Below, piece by piece: positions 9,849 through 19,320 of a stretch of 64,000 nucleotides of DNA. Position 1 is the first letter of the stretch; the number at the start of each line of letters is the position of its first letter. A program made the translations under genes and the position numbers. The stretch covers positions 39,354-103,353 of IMG/VR virus record IMGVR_UViG_2703719303_000002. The stretch is one strand, 5' to 3'. Below the pieces are notes generated by a model. The model saw only the letters and a program-made list of their open reading frames with translations, was not told the DNA's origin and made no database searches. The stretch is from a virus. Its lineage: Duplodnaviria > Caudoviricetes.

Positions 9849-10717
9849 TCTTCTTCACTCTGCCATATTATTTCTGCTGCTCCTGCTGCACCATTCGTAT
9901 TACTATTTAATGGATCATTGTGTAATTTTGAATTATTTAATGGTAACTTTTCTATTTGTTCTTTTAACATTAAAGCAGTTCCTCCTGTCCAAATCACTTT
10001 ATATGTTTTTAAGTTAACATAAGCCTTTACTTCATTAAGCACTTCTGTTAAAAAATCCTCGTATTCAATATCACTTATTTCTATTGTCCCATTCTCAACC
10101 AGCCTTGGAATGTCCTCTTCTGTGTAGTCTTCACCTTTTGAATTTTCTCTAGTCTTAACCTTTGTATAAAAATCAAAGCTACCCAATTTAATTGTATGCA
10201 ATAGTTGAATAGCCCCATCTTGTAATACACATATGTTTATTGTTCTGCTGCCTAAGTCTATTATGCAAAGACTACTTTCTTTATCCTCTTCTGATAAGCT
10301 AAAATAAGTAGCATAACCCTCTGGGAGAACTATTGTATCATTAATAAGAACTTTTCTCTTTTCTCCGTTGAACTGAAAATTGAACTCTTTTTCTTTTAAA
10401 TTTTCAATCATCTTTTCCTTATTTTTCATTTGAACTATTGGTAAAAGAGTTACTAAATTAGTTTCTATATTGTCATAATTATTTGCCCTACAAATCGCAT
10501 AAAGCAATTGTGGCAAATAATTTCTTGCCACCTTGTTAAATTCTTTATTTAATTCGCCAACACCTAGATATGTAATCTTACTTTCTCCTTGCATTTGTAT
10601 TCTTTCAAACCCTTCTGGGTATGGTTGATAATCGGTAATTTTACTACTAAAATTACCCTGATTGCTTCCTGATTTATATTTGATATTAAAGTTTCCTAAA
10701 TCAACTACAGTTATCAC
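9845..10717 (-). CDS. ParM/StbA-family actin-like ATPase
   Basis: VDLGNFNIK (phosphate 1), LPEG, IIDLGSRT (phosphate 2), WTGGT (adenosine). Confidence 0.88.
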   Translation of the reverse strand: MITVVDLGNFNIKYKSGSNQGNFSSKITDYQPYPEGFERIQMQGESKITYLGVGELNKEFNKVARNYLPQLLYAICRANNYDNIETNLVTLLPIVQMKNKEKMIENLKEKEFNFQFNGEKRKVLINDTIVLPEGYATYFSLSEEDKESSLCIIDLGSRTINICVLQDGAIQLLHTIKLGSFDFYTKVKTRENSKGEDYTEEDIPRLVENGTIEISDIEYEDFLTEVLNEVKAYVNLKTYKVIWTGGTALMLKEQIEKLPLNNSKLHNDPLNSNTNGAAGAAEIIWQSEEE

Positions 10718-10743
10718 TTTACATTACCTCTTTCTTTATGTTT

Positions 10744-10777
10744 AACGTATTATACGTTACTTAATTTTTTTGTAAAA
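10744..10777 (-). promoter_or_regulatory. parM-like operon promoter (TTTACA...TATAAT) with palindrome TAACGTATTATACGTTA over the -10
   Basis: Seen directly upstream of the RBS. Confidence 0.55.
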
Positions 10778-10802
10778 AAATAAGAGACTATATAATAATC
10801 TC

Positions 10803-11135
10803 TTATCGTTTATTCCAATTTTCAAGCATCAATTCCAATTTTGCCTTATGCAGCTTTTCTTCAAAACTCATATTTTTTTCTTTTTCTTTGTCCTCTTCTT
10901 CCCTAATCTCACATACTCCTTCTAAGCAGCTTAACCTTGCTGCAACTTCTATTGGCGATTTTTTTAAAAAATCCAACTTTTTAATAAGGTCTCTAAAGTC
11001 TTTACTAAAAGTCATTTGCTGTTCAATACCATACAATGTTTCTCCTAAGTCGCTTAATAATTTCTTTTGTTCATGAATTAAATGTTTTTTCATTTCTTCA
11101 TCAAATTTATTTATATGATCTTTCATAGTATACAC
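10803..11135 (-). CDS. Hypothetical protein
   Basis: GGGGAG RBS; own TATAAT upstream and hairpin downstream. Confidence 0.7.
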   Translation of the reverse strand: MYTMKDHINKFDEEMKKHLIHEQKKLLSDLGETLYGIEQQMTFSKDFRDLIKKLDFLKKSPIEVAARLSCLEGVCEIREEEDKEKEKNMSFEEKLHKAKLELMLENWNKR

Positions 11136-11196
11136 TCCCCATACAAAATACTATTTAATAACATTATAATACACTTAGAAACATATATAAATATAT

Positions 11197-12012
11197 TTAT
11201 CTTGCTTTTGAAAGAATTAAGTTTTCTATATTTATAAAATATTTTTTCTTACCATATTGAAGATAGTCTAAATCTTCAAGTTCTTTATCTTGTCTTAATC
11301 TAGGATTAAAATCATAAAAATCATTTATAGTAAATCTCTTACTTGAAAAATCCAATATTCCTCTCAATGAAACATTATAATTTGATTTATACTCAACTTT
11401 ACCTATATCTTTTAAATATATCTTTATTGATTTTTTTCCTCGCAACCATTTGCCTAATTCTAATAATTCTACAAATGTTTTATTACCTTTTCCATGCTTT
11501 ACTTGTTCTAAAGCTAATAAAATCAATAATTCTATCTTACTATAAAAAACATACTTCCAATCATCTTCTGTAGATAATTCTTTTGTTAAAACATTAAATT
11601 CTATAGTCTTATTATTAAATTGAAATTTAATAATACCATCAATTATATTACCAAAATCCCAATTGTTTACACAATGTTTTTCCTCTTCAAAGTTATATGT
11701 GAATCTATAAAAATTTCGAAAAAAATACTCATCATAAAAATTAATTTTGTTTATATTATTGTCAAGAAAAACTTTTAATACTTGTTTCTTTTTTTCTTCT
11801 AGCTTAGTAGCTATAATTTTTGATATATCTACTAAGTCCCTTTCTCTATAATCATCTGATTTACACGAACTTACATAATCCATATAAATTTTATTTGGCT
11901 GAGATTTGATAATAAAACCAAATAAAGAATAGTCTTTTCTATTATGACTACAACTATTCTCTAACAACAAAACTATTTCTTTTCCTTCTACTTTTAAAAG
12001 CTTTTTATCCAT
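11197..12012 (-). CDS. Hypothetical phage protein
   Basis: 271-aa ORF, AGAAGGA RBS. Confidence 0.8.
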   Translation of the reverse strand: MDKKLLKVEGKEIVLLLENSCSHNRKDYSLFGFIIKSQPNKIYMDYVSSCKSDDYRERDLVDISKIIATKLEEKKKQVLKVFLDNNINKINFYDEYFFRNFYRFTYNFEEEKHCVNNWDFGNIIDGIIKFQFNNKTIEFNVLTKELSTEDDWKYVFYSKIELLILLALEQVKHGKGNKTFVELLELGKWLRGKKSIKIYLKDIGKVEYKSNYNVSLRGILDFSSKRFTINDFYDFNPRLRQDKELEDLDYLQYGKKKYFINIENLILSKAR

Positions 12013-12060
12013 AATTTTATCCTTCTTTCTATTTAAATACTAACTGTTAATAGTAGACTT

Positions 12061-12267
12061 CTAATCTTCTAAATTAATTTCACATATACTTTCTACCCAC
12101 TTAACAATGGTATCACCAAAGCCGATAAGACCATTCCACGCAGTAACTTCATTTAGGACTCTTGACTTACTCCATTCCATAATGATATTGTCTTTTGAGG
12201 TATCATTCTTTTCTAAACCTAATCTTTGCCTGCAATCTTCCATTATATCTTGTGAATACTTTTCCAT
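12061..12267 (-). CDS. Hypothetical phage protein
   Basis: AAGGGG RBS; RQRLGLE...WNGLIG. Confidence 0.75.
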   Translation of the reverse strand: MEKYSQDIMEDCRQRLGLEKNDTSKDNIIMEWSKSRVLNEVTAWNGLIGFGDTIVKWVESICEINLED

Positions 12268-12465
12268 TTATAATAACCCCTTTCTTATCTCCATGGTATC
12301 TTCAAGTTGTGATAACCTACTTAATGACTCCCTGAGTTTCTTTAATAAACTATCTTTTTTATCTTTTGATATTTTACCCTGCTTAAATGCGGCATTAACG
12401 ACTATAAAATTTTTATTTATATATCCTTCTACCTCTAATTTTTCCTTTTTAATATCCTGTAACAT
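12268..12465 (-). CDS. Hypothetical phage protein
   Basis: AAGGAGG RBS. Confidence 0.7.
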   Translation of the reverse strand: MLQDIKKEKLEVEGYINKNFIVVNAAFKQGKISKDKKDSLLKKLRESLSRLSQLEDTMEIRKGLL

Positions 12466-12467
12466 AA

Positions 12468-12670
12468 TTATTCTTCCTCCTTAAGCTCATCTGCAAATGC
12501 TTGAATCTCAACACCATTTGATAACCTAACATTATACATTTTTCCTACCTCTTTTTTATCATATAAACTTTTATTAAGTTCATTTAATATTTTACACCCC
12601 GCCCATTATATTCTATTAAATCCGTCTGAGTTGTGTTAAACCTAATTTTATAATTTTCTTCTCTTGTCAT
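12468..12670 (-). pseudogene. Frameshifted small phage gene
   Basis: AAGGAG RBS + ATG 12670; C-terminal ...EVGKMYNVRLSNGVEIQAFADELKEEE is separated from the start by a stop/frame break. Confidence 0.5.
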
Positions 12671-12729
12671 TTTATCTTCTCTCCTTATTATAAAAAATTA
12701 CTTTTATTTGCTTTTTTATAATAATTGTT

Positions 12730-12990
12730 TTAATCCCAATCCTCAAAAATTTCTTCTTTACTCAATAACCCATTTAGATACAATCCACCTAAACATAATT
12801 CCATGTCTTGCTCATTACAATCACAAGTTCTGTTGTTATGTTTATCAATATATTCCTGTAATAATTGTTCTTTTTCAACCTCACTCATTTTTAACACTCT
12901 CCTATTTTTGTTTTCCCTATCTTCTAGCAGCACTTTAAACAGAATATGATCATAAATAATCCCTAAACCCATAAGCGCCACGAATAACAT
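12730..12990 (-). CDS. Hypothetical protein (true start may be the internal MSEVEK)
   Basis: AGGAG RBS before the internal start. Confidence 0.55.
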   Translation of the reverse strand: MLFVALMGLGIIYDHILFKVLLEDRENKNRRVLKMSEVEKEQLLQEYIDKHNNRTCDCNEQDMELCLGGLYLNGLLSKEEIFEDWD

Positions 12991-12992
12991 TA

Positions 12993-14108
12993 TTAGCCCT
13001 CCTGTTCTTTTAACTCATCAACTTTATATAAAGGCGATAAGCCATAAGAATTAATACTATTATTTATCTGTTTCTTTATTTCTTCTAAATGACTTTTTAA
13101 ATTTTTTAGTTCCCCTTTTAACTTTTTTCTTGTTTTTTCACTGCCAATTAAAAGCACACCTGTTTTACCTTCCGTAATAGAATAAACACCTCCACACTTT
13201 TCTATAAATAAATCTAAGCCTTGCCATTTTAAATATTCACCTTTAGAAAGCTTAAAGCTTGTCTTATTAATATCTTGCTTATCTCTCACAAGCTTATAAT
13301 AAGAGCGCATATCTTTGTTATGCTGCTGTCTCTTTTTATATTCTTGTATGCCTTTGTAGTCTTTACTGCTTACGTTATTTAAAATCGTATACGTGCCTTT
13401 ATCTGTTAGCGGTAACTTAATGCCAGTAAGACAATAAAAAACCTTTTTACTTGTTTTATTACCATTCCATAAAACACGTTTTAAAGCTTCTTTACATTTT
13501 GGGTTATCTATATTAAGCGTTAATATTATTAGCTTTTTAAGATAGCTTTCATTGTAGCTGTTCGACTCATTTAAAAACATATCCTTTGCAAGTTCTAATT
13601 TCCCATTATCTTTAAAATTTAAAATTTGATTATCCAACCAACTTTTAAACTGATTTTCTTTATTTTTATTCTTTTCTAATACTTGCTGTTCTTTCAGTTT
13701 CTTCTCCTTTTCTTCTTGCTGTTCTTTTATCTTCTCTTCCTGTTCCTGCTTTAAATAAATTTTAATATCTTCTATAGTTTTAAAGTTTTTCTTAAGATAT
13801 AAGGCAAATTTATATAACGTCTTTGTGGTTTTTATATAGCCCTCATTATTTCCAATACCATAAATATTTTTAGGCTTTGTAAGTGTTCCATCCCTCTTAT
13901 AATGTTGTTCATTTTCGTTGATATAAGTAGCGTAACCACATTGAAACATACGATAAATGATAAAATCTTTGCCCTTCAAGATATAACTATTGTCTTTTAT
14001 GTGCATACGATATAATGTGTTTAAAGCACTTTCAACCTTACATTTTTGAAAAGGCTTTAAGCTTTTAGTAAACCCTAAGTTACTATTGTTTAACTCTAAA
14101 AAATCCAT
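12993..14108 (-). CDS. Hypothetical phage protein
   Basis: 371-aa ORF, GAGGAG RBS. Confidence 0.82.
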   Translation of the reverse strand: MDFLELNNSNLGFTKSLKPFQKCKVESALNTLYRMHIKDNSYILKGKDFIIYRMFQCGYATYINENEQHYKRDGTLTKPKNIYGIGNNEGYIKTTKTLYKFALYLKKNFKTIEDIKIYLKQEQEEKIKEQQEEKEKKLKEQQVLEKNKNKENQFKSWLDNQILNFKDNGKLELAKDMFLNESNSYNESYLKKLIILTLNIDNPKCKEALKRVLWNGNKTSKKVFYCLTGIKLPLTDKGTYTILNNVSSKDYKGIQEYKKRQQHNKDMRSYYKLVRDKQDINKTSFKLSKGEYLKWQGLDLFIEKCGGVYSITEGKTGVLLIGSEKTRKKLKGELKNLKSHLEEIKKQINNSINSYGLSPLYKVDELKEQEG

Positions 14109-14155
14109 TATTACTCCTCTTTTCTATTGTTTATTAAACTCCATTGTTGTTACAT

Positions 14156-14590
14156 CTAATATTCTTCATTGTCTTCTATGTAATTTGGTGCATAATTAGT
14201 ATATAAAACTACATCAAAAAGGTTGTCGTATACTTGAACATCTGCAACCTCTTCTCTTGAGCATAATATGTTTTCAATTTCTTCTATACTCTTCTTATCT
14301 AATTTACAATTAAACTTTTCCTCTAATTGTTGATTTTCAATTGTATATTGAAAACCACTCATACTGGAATCGCTTTCTTCTTGAACACATTCTATTATAT
14401 ATTTCGAAATTTTTTCATTAAGTGTTCTAGGAAGCCATGCTTCAACAACACTTATAATTTCATCATTTACTAAATGACTATTTATTCTTTGTTTCCATGC
14501 ATAAAGTTGTAGTCCATTTAAAACATCTTTATTCCTATTTTCACTATCTTTGTATTTATATATAACTGTATACAATTTATTTAGTACCAT
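14156..14590 (-). CDS. Hypothetical phage protein
   Basis: GAGGG RBS; 18-bp box upstream. Confidence 0.78.
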   Translation of the reverse strand: MVLNKLYTVIYKYKDSENRNKDVLNGLQLYAWKQRINSHLVNDEIISVVEAWLPRTLNEKISKYIIECVQEESDSSMSGFQYTIENQQLEEKFNCKLDKKSIEEIENILCSREEVADVQVYDNLFDVVLYTNYAPNYIEDNEEY

Positions 14591-14622
14591 TTTGTTATTC
14601 CCTCTTTTCTTTATACTAATTG

Positions 14623-14922
14623 TTATAAGCTATTTATTTTATCTTTCTTATACCTATCTAAATCAAATCCTTTAAAATTAAACGAAAACCCGCAAAATAT
14701 TTCTTTATAGGAATAGTTTATATAATGCCTCTTGAAAAATTTAATTAATCGTGTTGGATCAAGTATAGTAATATCTTGACCTTTTAAAAAATCATATACA
14801 CTTTTTTTAAAATTATAAGAATACATATCTAAACCATAACGTATTTCATTTTCAACCTCATTTTCTAATAGCAATATATTCACCTCTAATTTGCATATAT
14901 TATGTTTACTTTGAAACTTCAA
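14623..14922 (-). CDS. Hypothetical phage protein
   Basis: ORF in array; start uncertain. Confidence 0.6.
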   Translation of the reverse strand: MKFQSKHNICKLEVNILLLENEVENEIRYGLDMYSYNFKKSVYDFLKGQDITILDPTRLIKFFKRHYINYSYKEIFCGFSFNFKGFDLDRYKKDKINSL

Positions 14923-14930
14923 TTATATTT

Positions 14931-15164
14931 TCATATAAGTTCTTCTATTGCTTTTAATTGAGTTTTATAAAATTGTTTTTCTTGTTTATCCAGTTCTTCT
15001 TCAAGTGATATTCTATGTATAATTAATTTTAAGACTTCTATAGCTTCATCTATGTTATTATCAAGTTCATATAACAACGTATCTAAAGAACTATTACTAT
15101 CATTTTTCATCATCATATCAATAACATTTTTATACACTATATTTTTTATTATATATTTATTCAT
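14931..15164 (-). CDS. Hypothetical phage protein
   Basis: AGGAG RBS. Confidence 0.7.
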   Translation of the reverse strand: MNKYIIKNIVYKNVIDMMMKNDSNSSLDTLLYELDNNIDEAIEVLKLIIHRISLEEELDKQEKQFYKTQLKAIEELI

Positions 15165-15193
15165 TTCATTACTCCTATCTTTTATTTATCTCT

Positions 15194-15466
15194 TTAGTCT
15201 TCCAAATTAAAGCTACTTCTTAATATATTTAGCGCATTTATAGTAATTAATCTATCTTGTTTAAAACTGGATTTCTTATAGTCTTGGCTTATCTTATTTT
15301 TATATCCTTTACCTAGGTTATTTAATAAATCACAACAACTATAATCTTTTCTTACGCCTATAGCCTTATATTCACTTCCATTAATTTTTTTATACTCTTC
15401 TATAGCTTCCTTAATATTTAAATTTTCTACTACTTTGTTTGCAGTAAATACATAAAATTTATACAT
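15194..15466 (-). CDS. Hypothetical phage protein
   Basis: AAGGA RBS supports ATG 15466. Confidence 0.7.
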   Translation of the reverse strand: MYKFYVFTANKVVENLNIKEAIEEYKKINGSEYKAIGVRKDYSCCDLLNNLGKGYKNKISQDYKKSSFKQDRLITINALNILRSSFNLED

Positions 15467-15550
15467 AACAATACTTCCTTTCTTATAAACTCTATAAGAC
15501 ACATACACTTAATTATGTGCCTTAACAATTTATAAAATCGTTCTTTTATT

Positions 15551-15847
15551 CTAATGTGTAGATAAGTATACTAAAAAGCTTCTTCTTCTATCTTTTAACC
15601 ATTTTATGAGTTTTTCACAAGTACCTTTCTTTACTAAATAATAAGTTTTTGTATCATGCTCATATTTGTATTCCTTTATTTTGCCGTTTTTATAATTCAC
15701 CCTTATTAAAGCATTATGTATATATATTTCTTCCACTTTATCATAATCGAGCACTTCATCAAGTTTAAAAGTATACTCGAATTCCTCTCTTTTAAATTCC
15801 CAATACTCCGAATCTATTACTACCCATATAATTAAATCATCTTTCAT
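15551..15847 (-). CDS. Hypothetical phage protein
   Basis: AAGGAG RBS. Confidence 0.72.
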   Translation of the reverse strand: MKDDLIIWVVIDSEYWEFKREEFEYTFKLDEVLDYDKVEEIYIHNALIRVNYKNGKIKEYKYEHDTKTYYLVKKGTCEKLIKWLKDRRRSFLVYLSTH

Positions 15848-15893
15848 TTTTATATTCTCCTTTACTAAAGAATTTTCTATATATTGTATTTTT

Positions 15894-16697
15894 CTATTGG
15901 ATACTTAAGGGTATATACGTAACCATCTTTTTATTTTTATCGTCATACACCCTTTTACATTCTCTTAATCCATATTTTAAATTCCCATTACAATACAACG
16001 TATCTTTTATACCTTCAATTTTTTCGTACTCTTCTTTAGTTTCACAATAAACTTTTTCACTTTTATAAATCCACACTGTAAAACATTTATCATTAAACTT
16101 ACTCTTTTCTATGTTTCCTTTATATGCTTGAATCCATGCTGAAAAGATTTCATCATTCTTCCAAGCTCCATATCTACTAGTATATTTGTAATCATCTTCT
16201 GGATTAATTGTTATATAAATTTTGTCATAATATTCTGTTGTGTATTTTAAATTTGGAATTTCTTCATATTTCCATACGTTTACTATTGCTTTAAAAGTTA
16301 TGGCACCATTTCCGCAGCCGCCACAATGTCCCCAATCACGAAAAGATTTTTCCCGTTCACCTATTAATTTTAATTTTGTTGGGATATAAGCCCAAGCGCC
16401 ACCACTTGTTGAGGTGTTTATCTCATTAAAAGCAGAACAAAGAAATGGTACATATGGTTCTTCACATATGTATATTTTTTTATCTTTGACATATATATTT
16501 TCAATATGTGCATTTTTATAGTAGTCTCCATTTTTTGTTGTGTACTCCACTATATCACCAACTTGTGGAAAATTTTTATTTCTACTTCCTTCAATCTTCT
16601 TTACCCAACTGTTAGCTTTTTCCACGTCAGATTCATTTAATGTATGTTCATAATCATATGACTTATTTAGCTCCCTTAATTTTTCTAAAGTATACAT
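15894..16697 (-). CDS. DUF4121-family protein
   Basis: PQVGD, GDYY...AHIE, ICEEPYVPF, TSGGAW, DWGHCGGCGNGA motifs. Confidence 0.75.
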   Translation of the reverse strand: MYTLEKLRELNKSYDYEHTLNESDVEKANSWVKKIEGSRNKNFPQVGDIVEYTTKNGDYYKNAHIENIYVKDKKIYICEEPYVPFLCSAFNEINTSTSGGAWAYIPTKLKLIGEREKSFRDWGHCGGCGNGAITFKAIVNVWKYEEIPNLKYTTEYYDKIYITINPEDDYKYTSRYGAWKNDEIFSAWIQAYKGNIEKSKFNDKCFTVWIYKSEKVYCETKEEYEKIEGIKDTLYCNGNLKYGLRECKRVYDDKNKKMVTYIPLSIQ

Positions 16698-16728
16698 TTT
16701 TATTCCTTCTTCCTTTTTTAAGATTTTA

Positions 16729-17223
16729 TTAGTAACTTTCAACATGAGTAAATGACTTATTTATTACTTCTTCAATTTCTTGCTTATGATGAAAAACATA
16801 CTCATTAACAATTTTCATATTTTTACTTGTTACCATACTTTCAGGGTCAAAAGATTCACAAGCTATATAAAAAGTACTTTCATCTTTACATTGATTTATA
16901 AATGCCATTTTTAAGGCTTTAGGAGCTTTGCTATTTTCTTTTATAAATGTTTCGTATTCCCACAAACTCATGTTCATTGGTGTTAATTCATTTCTTATAA
17001 TGTCCAATTCAAATATTTCTAAAGGTTGTTTTATTAAGCATTCCAGTGTATATTCTTCTCTTAAATAACTTGGTAAGCATGAATTTATAAAGATTTTTTC
17101 TATTTCTGGAATGTCTTTTAAATTATCGCTTTCAAATTCCCATATGCTAAATAATATTTTTACACCCTTTTTCTCTATTTTAAAATATCTTCTATTACCT
17201 TCTTTAGCTAACTTTTTTATCAT
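16729..17223 (-). CDS. Hypothetical phage protein
   Basis: Leader shared with the gene at 12012 supports ATG 17223. Confidence 0.75.
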   Translation of the reverse strand: MIKKLAKEGNRRYFKIEKKGVKILFSIWEFESDNLKDIPEIEKIFINSCLPSYLREEYTLECLIKQPLEIFELDIIRNELTPMNMSLWEYETFIKENSKAPKALKMAFINQCKDESTFYIACESFDPESMVTSKNMKIVNEYVFHHKQEIEEVINKSFTHVESY

Positions 17224-17283
17224 AATTTTATCCTTCTTTCTATTCAAATACTAACTGATATAAGACGTTTAATTTGATTCGTC

Positions 17284-17700
17284 CTATTCCATTATTTTTT
17301 TTATTGCTAAATCTAAAGCATTTAATAACCTTTTATCATTTTGTACTTCTTCATATGTCAAACTTAAACTATCTAGCGTGTCTCCTAATTCATATGTGAT
17401 ACTATATTCATGATTTCCTAATTCATAATAGAACATATCAAAAATAAAGGTATCATTTTTCATAGCTTCCTTTATTTCCTTATCATGACGATTAAGCATT
17501 TTTTTAAGTTTGGCTGAATCCGTTCTCTTATAAAAACCCCCAGTATTTCCAAACTTATAAATTTTGTTTGTTTCTGATGGTTCAAGTCCTAATTTTTTCA
17601 TACCTTCTTTGAATTGTTCTTTAGAAAAGGCAAAGAACATTGGAAAATTATTAACCTCTTTTTGATGTTTTCTTTTCATTTCTATGTATTTATTATTCAT
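17284..17700 (-). CDS. Conserved mobile-element hypothetical protein
   Basis: FFAFSKEQF...GGFY...YELGNHEY; AAGGAG RBS. Confidence 0.8.
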   Translation of the reverse strand: MNNKYIEMKRKHQKEVNNFPMFFAFSKEQFKEGMKKLGLEPSETNKIYKFGNTGGFYKRTDSAKLKKMLNRHDKEIKEAMKNDTFIFDMFYYELGNHEYSITYELGDTLDSLSLTYEEVQNDKRLLNALDLAIKKIME

Positions 17701-17753
17701 TTTTAAAACTCCTTTATTATATTTTATTTTTAATGCTAATTGTCATAAGTGGA

Positions 17754-18062
17754 CTATTCTAATACTCTAAACTCTAATTCTATTTTTCCATCATAAACAT
17801 AAGCTTTATATGTTGCCATACTAAAAGTTATTTTTAAATAATCTTCTGTACCCATTCCATTGTTAAAATATTTAACCTTGAACCCAAATTTATCACGTCT
17901 TAATATTTTAACTTCTGTAATGCTTTTTGTTAATACATCTTCCATTATTCTTTTAATTTCTTTTTTAATAAATTCTCTTTGTTCTTTTTTTGTCATCTTA
18001 TTATTATCTTCCGCCTTATCATATGTCTTTACAAAATTAAATAATTCTTTAAAAGTATTCAT
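17754..18062 (-). CDS. Hypothetical phage protein
   Basis: GGAGGT RBS supports ATG 18062. Confidence 0.75.
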   Translation of the reverse strand: MNTFKELFNFVKTYDKAEDNNKMTKKEQREFIKKEIKRIMEDVLTKSITEVKILRRDKFGFKVKYFNNGMGTEDYLKITFSMATYKAYVYDGKIELEFRVLE

Positions 18063-18317
18063 AATAATAACCTCCATTTTTATTTTAATAATATATGTAT
18101 ATATTTATACCCCTTAAGATCATCTTTTTTACAAAAAAGCAATTGCGGAATACGGGGGATTTTGTATCCCACAATTTAAGTTGTTTTAATTTTGAGTTTT
18201 TATAAACTCTATGAAGTATATAAAATTAATTATATACTTCAATACAATTTATAAACGTTCTTCTCTATCTCATTATTTTTGCTGATTTTAGATACTATAT
18301 AAAAATACCCAAAATAA

Positions 18318-18344
18318 AAAGAATAGATTTTAAATCTATTCTTA
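18318..18344 (-). terminator. Intrinsic terminator of the 51-aa mini gene
   Basis: AAGAATAGATTT/AAATCTATTCTT stem followed by a T-run on the minus strand. Confidence 0.65.
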
Positions 18345-18349
18345 AGAAT

Positions 18350-18505
18350 TTATAAAGCTTTTAACTTATTAAATTTACTCTCATGTTCGTTTACTTTTTC
18401 ATCAATAGCATCTAATTTCTTATCAATATTATCTAGCTTCTCTACAATATTTTCATACATACCTTGTAGTAAACTTAGAAGTTTGTTATATTGTTCATTT
18501 TCCAT
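18350..18505 (-). CDS. 51-aa coiled-coil mini protein (MENEQYNKLL...VNEHESKFNKLKAL)
   Basis: GAGGGTG RBS, TATAAT at 18530-18535, own terminator; below the ORF-track cutoff. Confidence 0.72.
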   Translation of the reverse strand: MENEQYNKLLSLLQGMYENIVEKLDNIDKKLDAIDEKVNEHESKFNKLKAL

Positions 18506-19291
18506 TTTTAACACCCTCTTTACTTATGTATTATATCATAAAATATAAATATCTTTTATATTCTAATTTAAAAATACACCTGTTAATATATTCTTAAATT
18601 AGAATATAAGACTATAAAAATGCACACACTTACAGCATGATTTTACAAATATAATATCAATTACTTTAAACTTATTTTTATTTACACAATAAAATATAAG
18701 GTAATATATAATTATTTAGATGTCATTTTTATAATCTTATAATAGTGTATTAGTTTAATTTTAAAAATATTTTTCATTCTAGTAATTAAAGAACATGGAT
18801 ATATAAGGACTATATATATTCTTTTATGAATTGTTTTGTCATAGTTTTTTAAAATTAAAAATATAGAAAATAACATTTTAACAATTGAAAATTTACAAAC
18901 AACGATAGAATAAGTAATTGAACCAATAGAGTTATAAAACGGTCGTTGTAATAAATCGTGCATTCCTTTCACCCTTCCAACCTATTTTCCAAGGTGTTTT
19001 CTTATGCTAGTGTTATACACTTTTAAATATCTATGACCATTATCAAATAATAATCGCCACGATATAGCATAGTATAAGTAGCCTATATGAAGCATAGTAA
19101 TATACTTATTTTTCAAAGTGCGTTATGACCTGATGAAATAATCGAGCCTTACAATTTAATTAGTCCGTAATTTGATGTAAATAATTGTATGCTACCATTG
19201 TATTACTGTATAGAATTAACTATTATTTTATGTTATTGTTATATGCTTACTGTTGTAAGTCGTTTAAGTTGTTTCCCTCAAGCACATGTAT

Positions 19292-19320
19292 ATAATACAA
19301 TATATATTTATTTAATTCAA
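19292..19320 (-). promoter_or_regulatory. Leftward sigmaA promoter TTGAAT-17-TATTAT bracketed by boxes at 19243-19260 and 19347-19364
   Basis: Seen directly. Confidence 0.6.

Noticed and set aside
18712-18972. 86-aa minus-strand ORF
   Set aside because: Low-complexity AT-rich translation inside the putative leader; unsupported
19128-19146. Hammerhead ribozyme (CTGATGA)
   Set aside because: No stem II followed by GAAA and no cleavage-site helices; the likely transcript is the other strand
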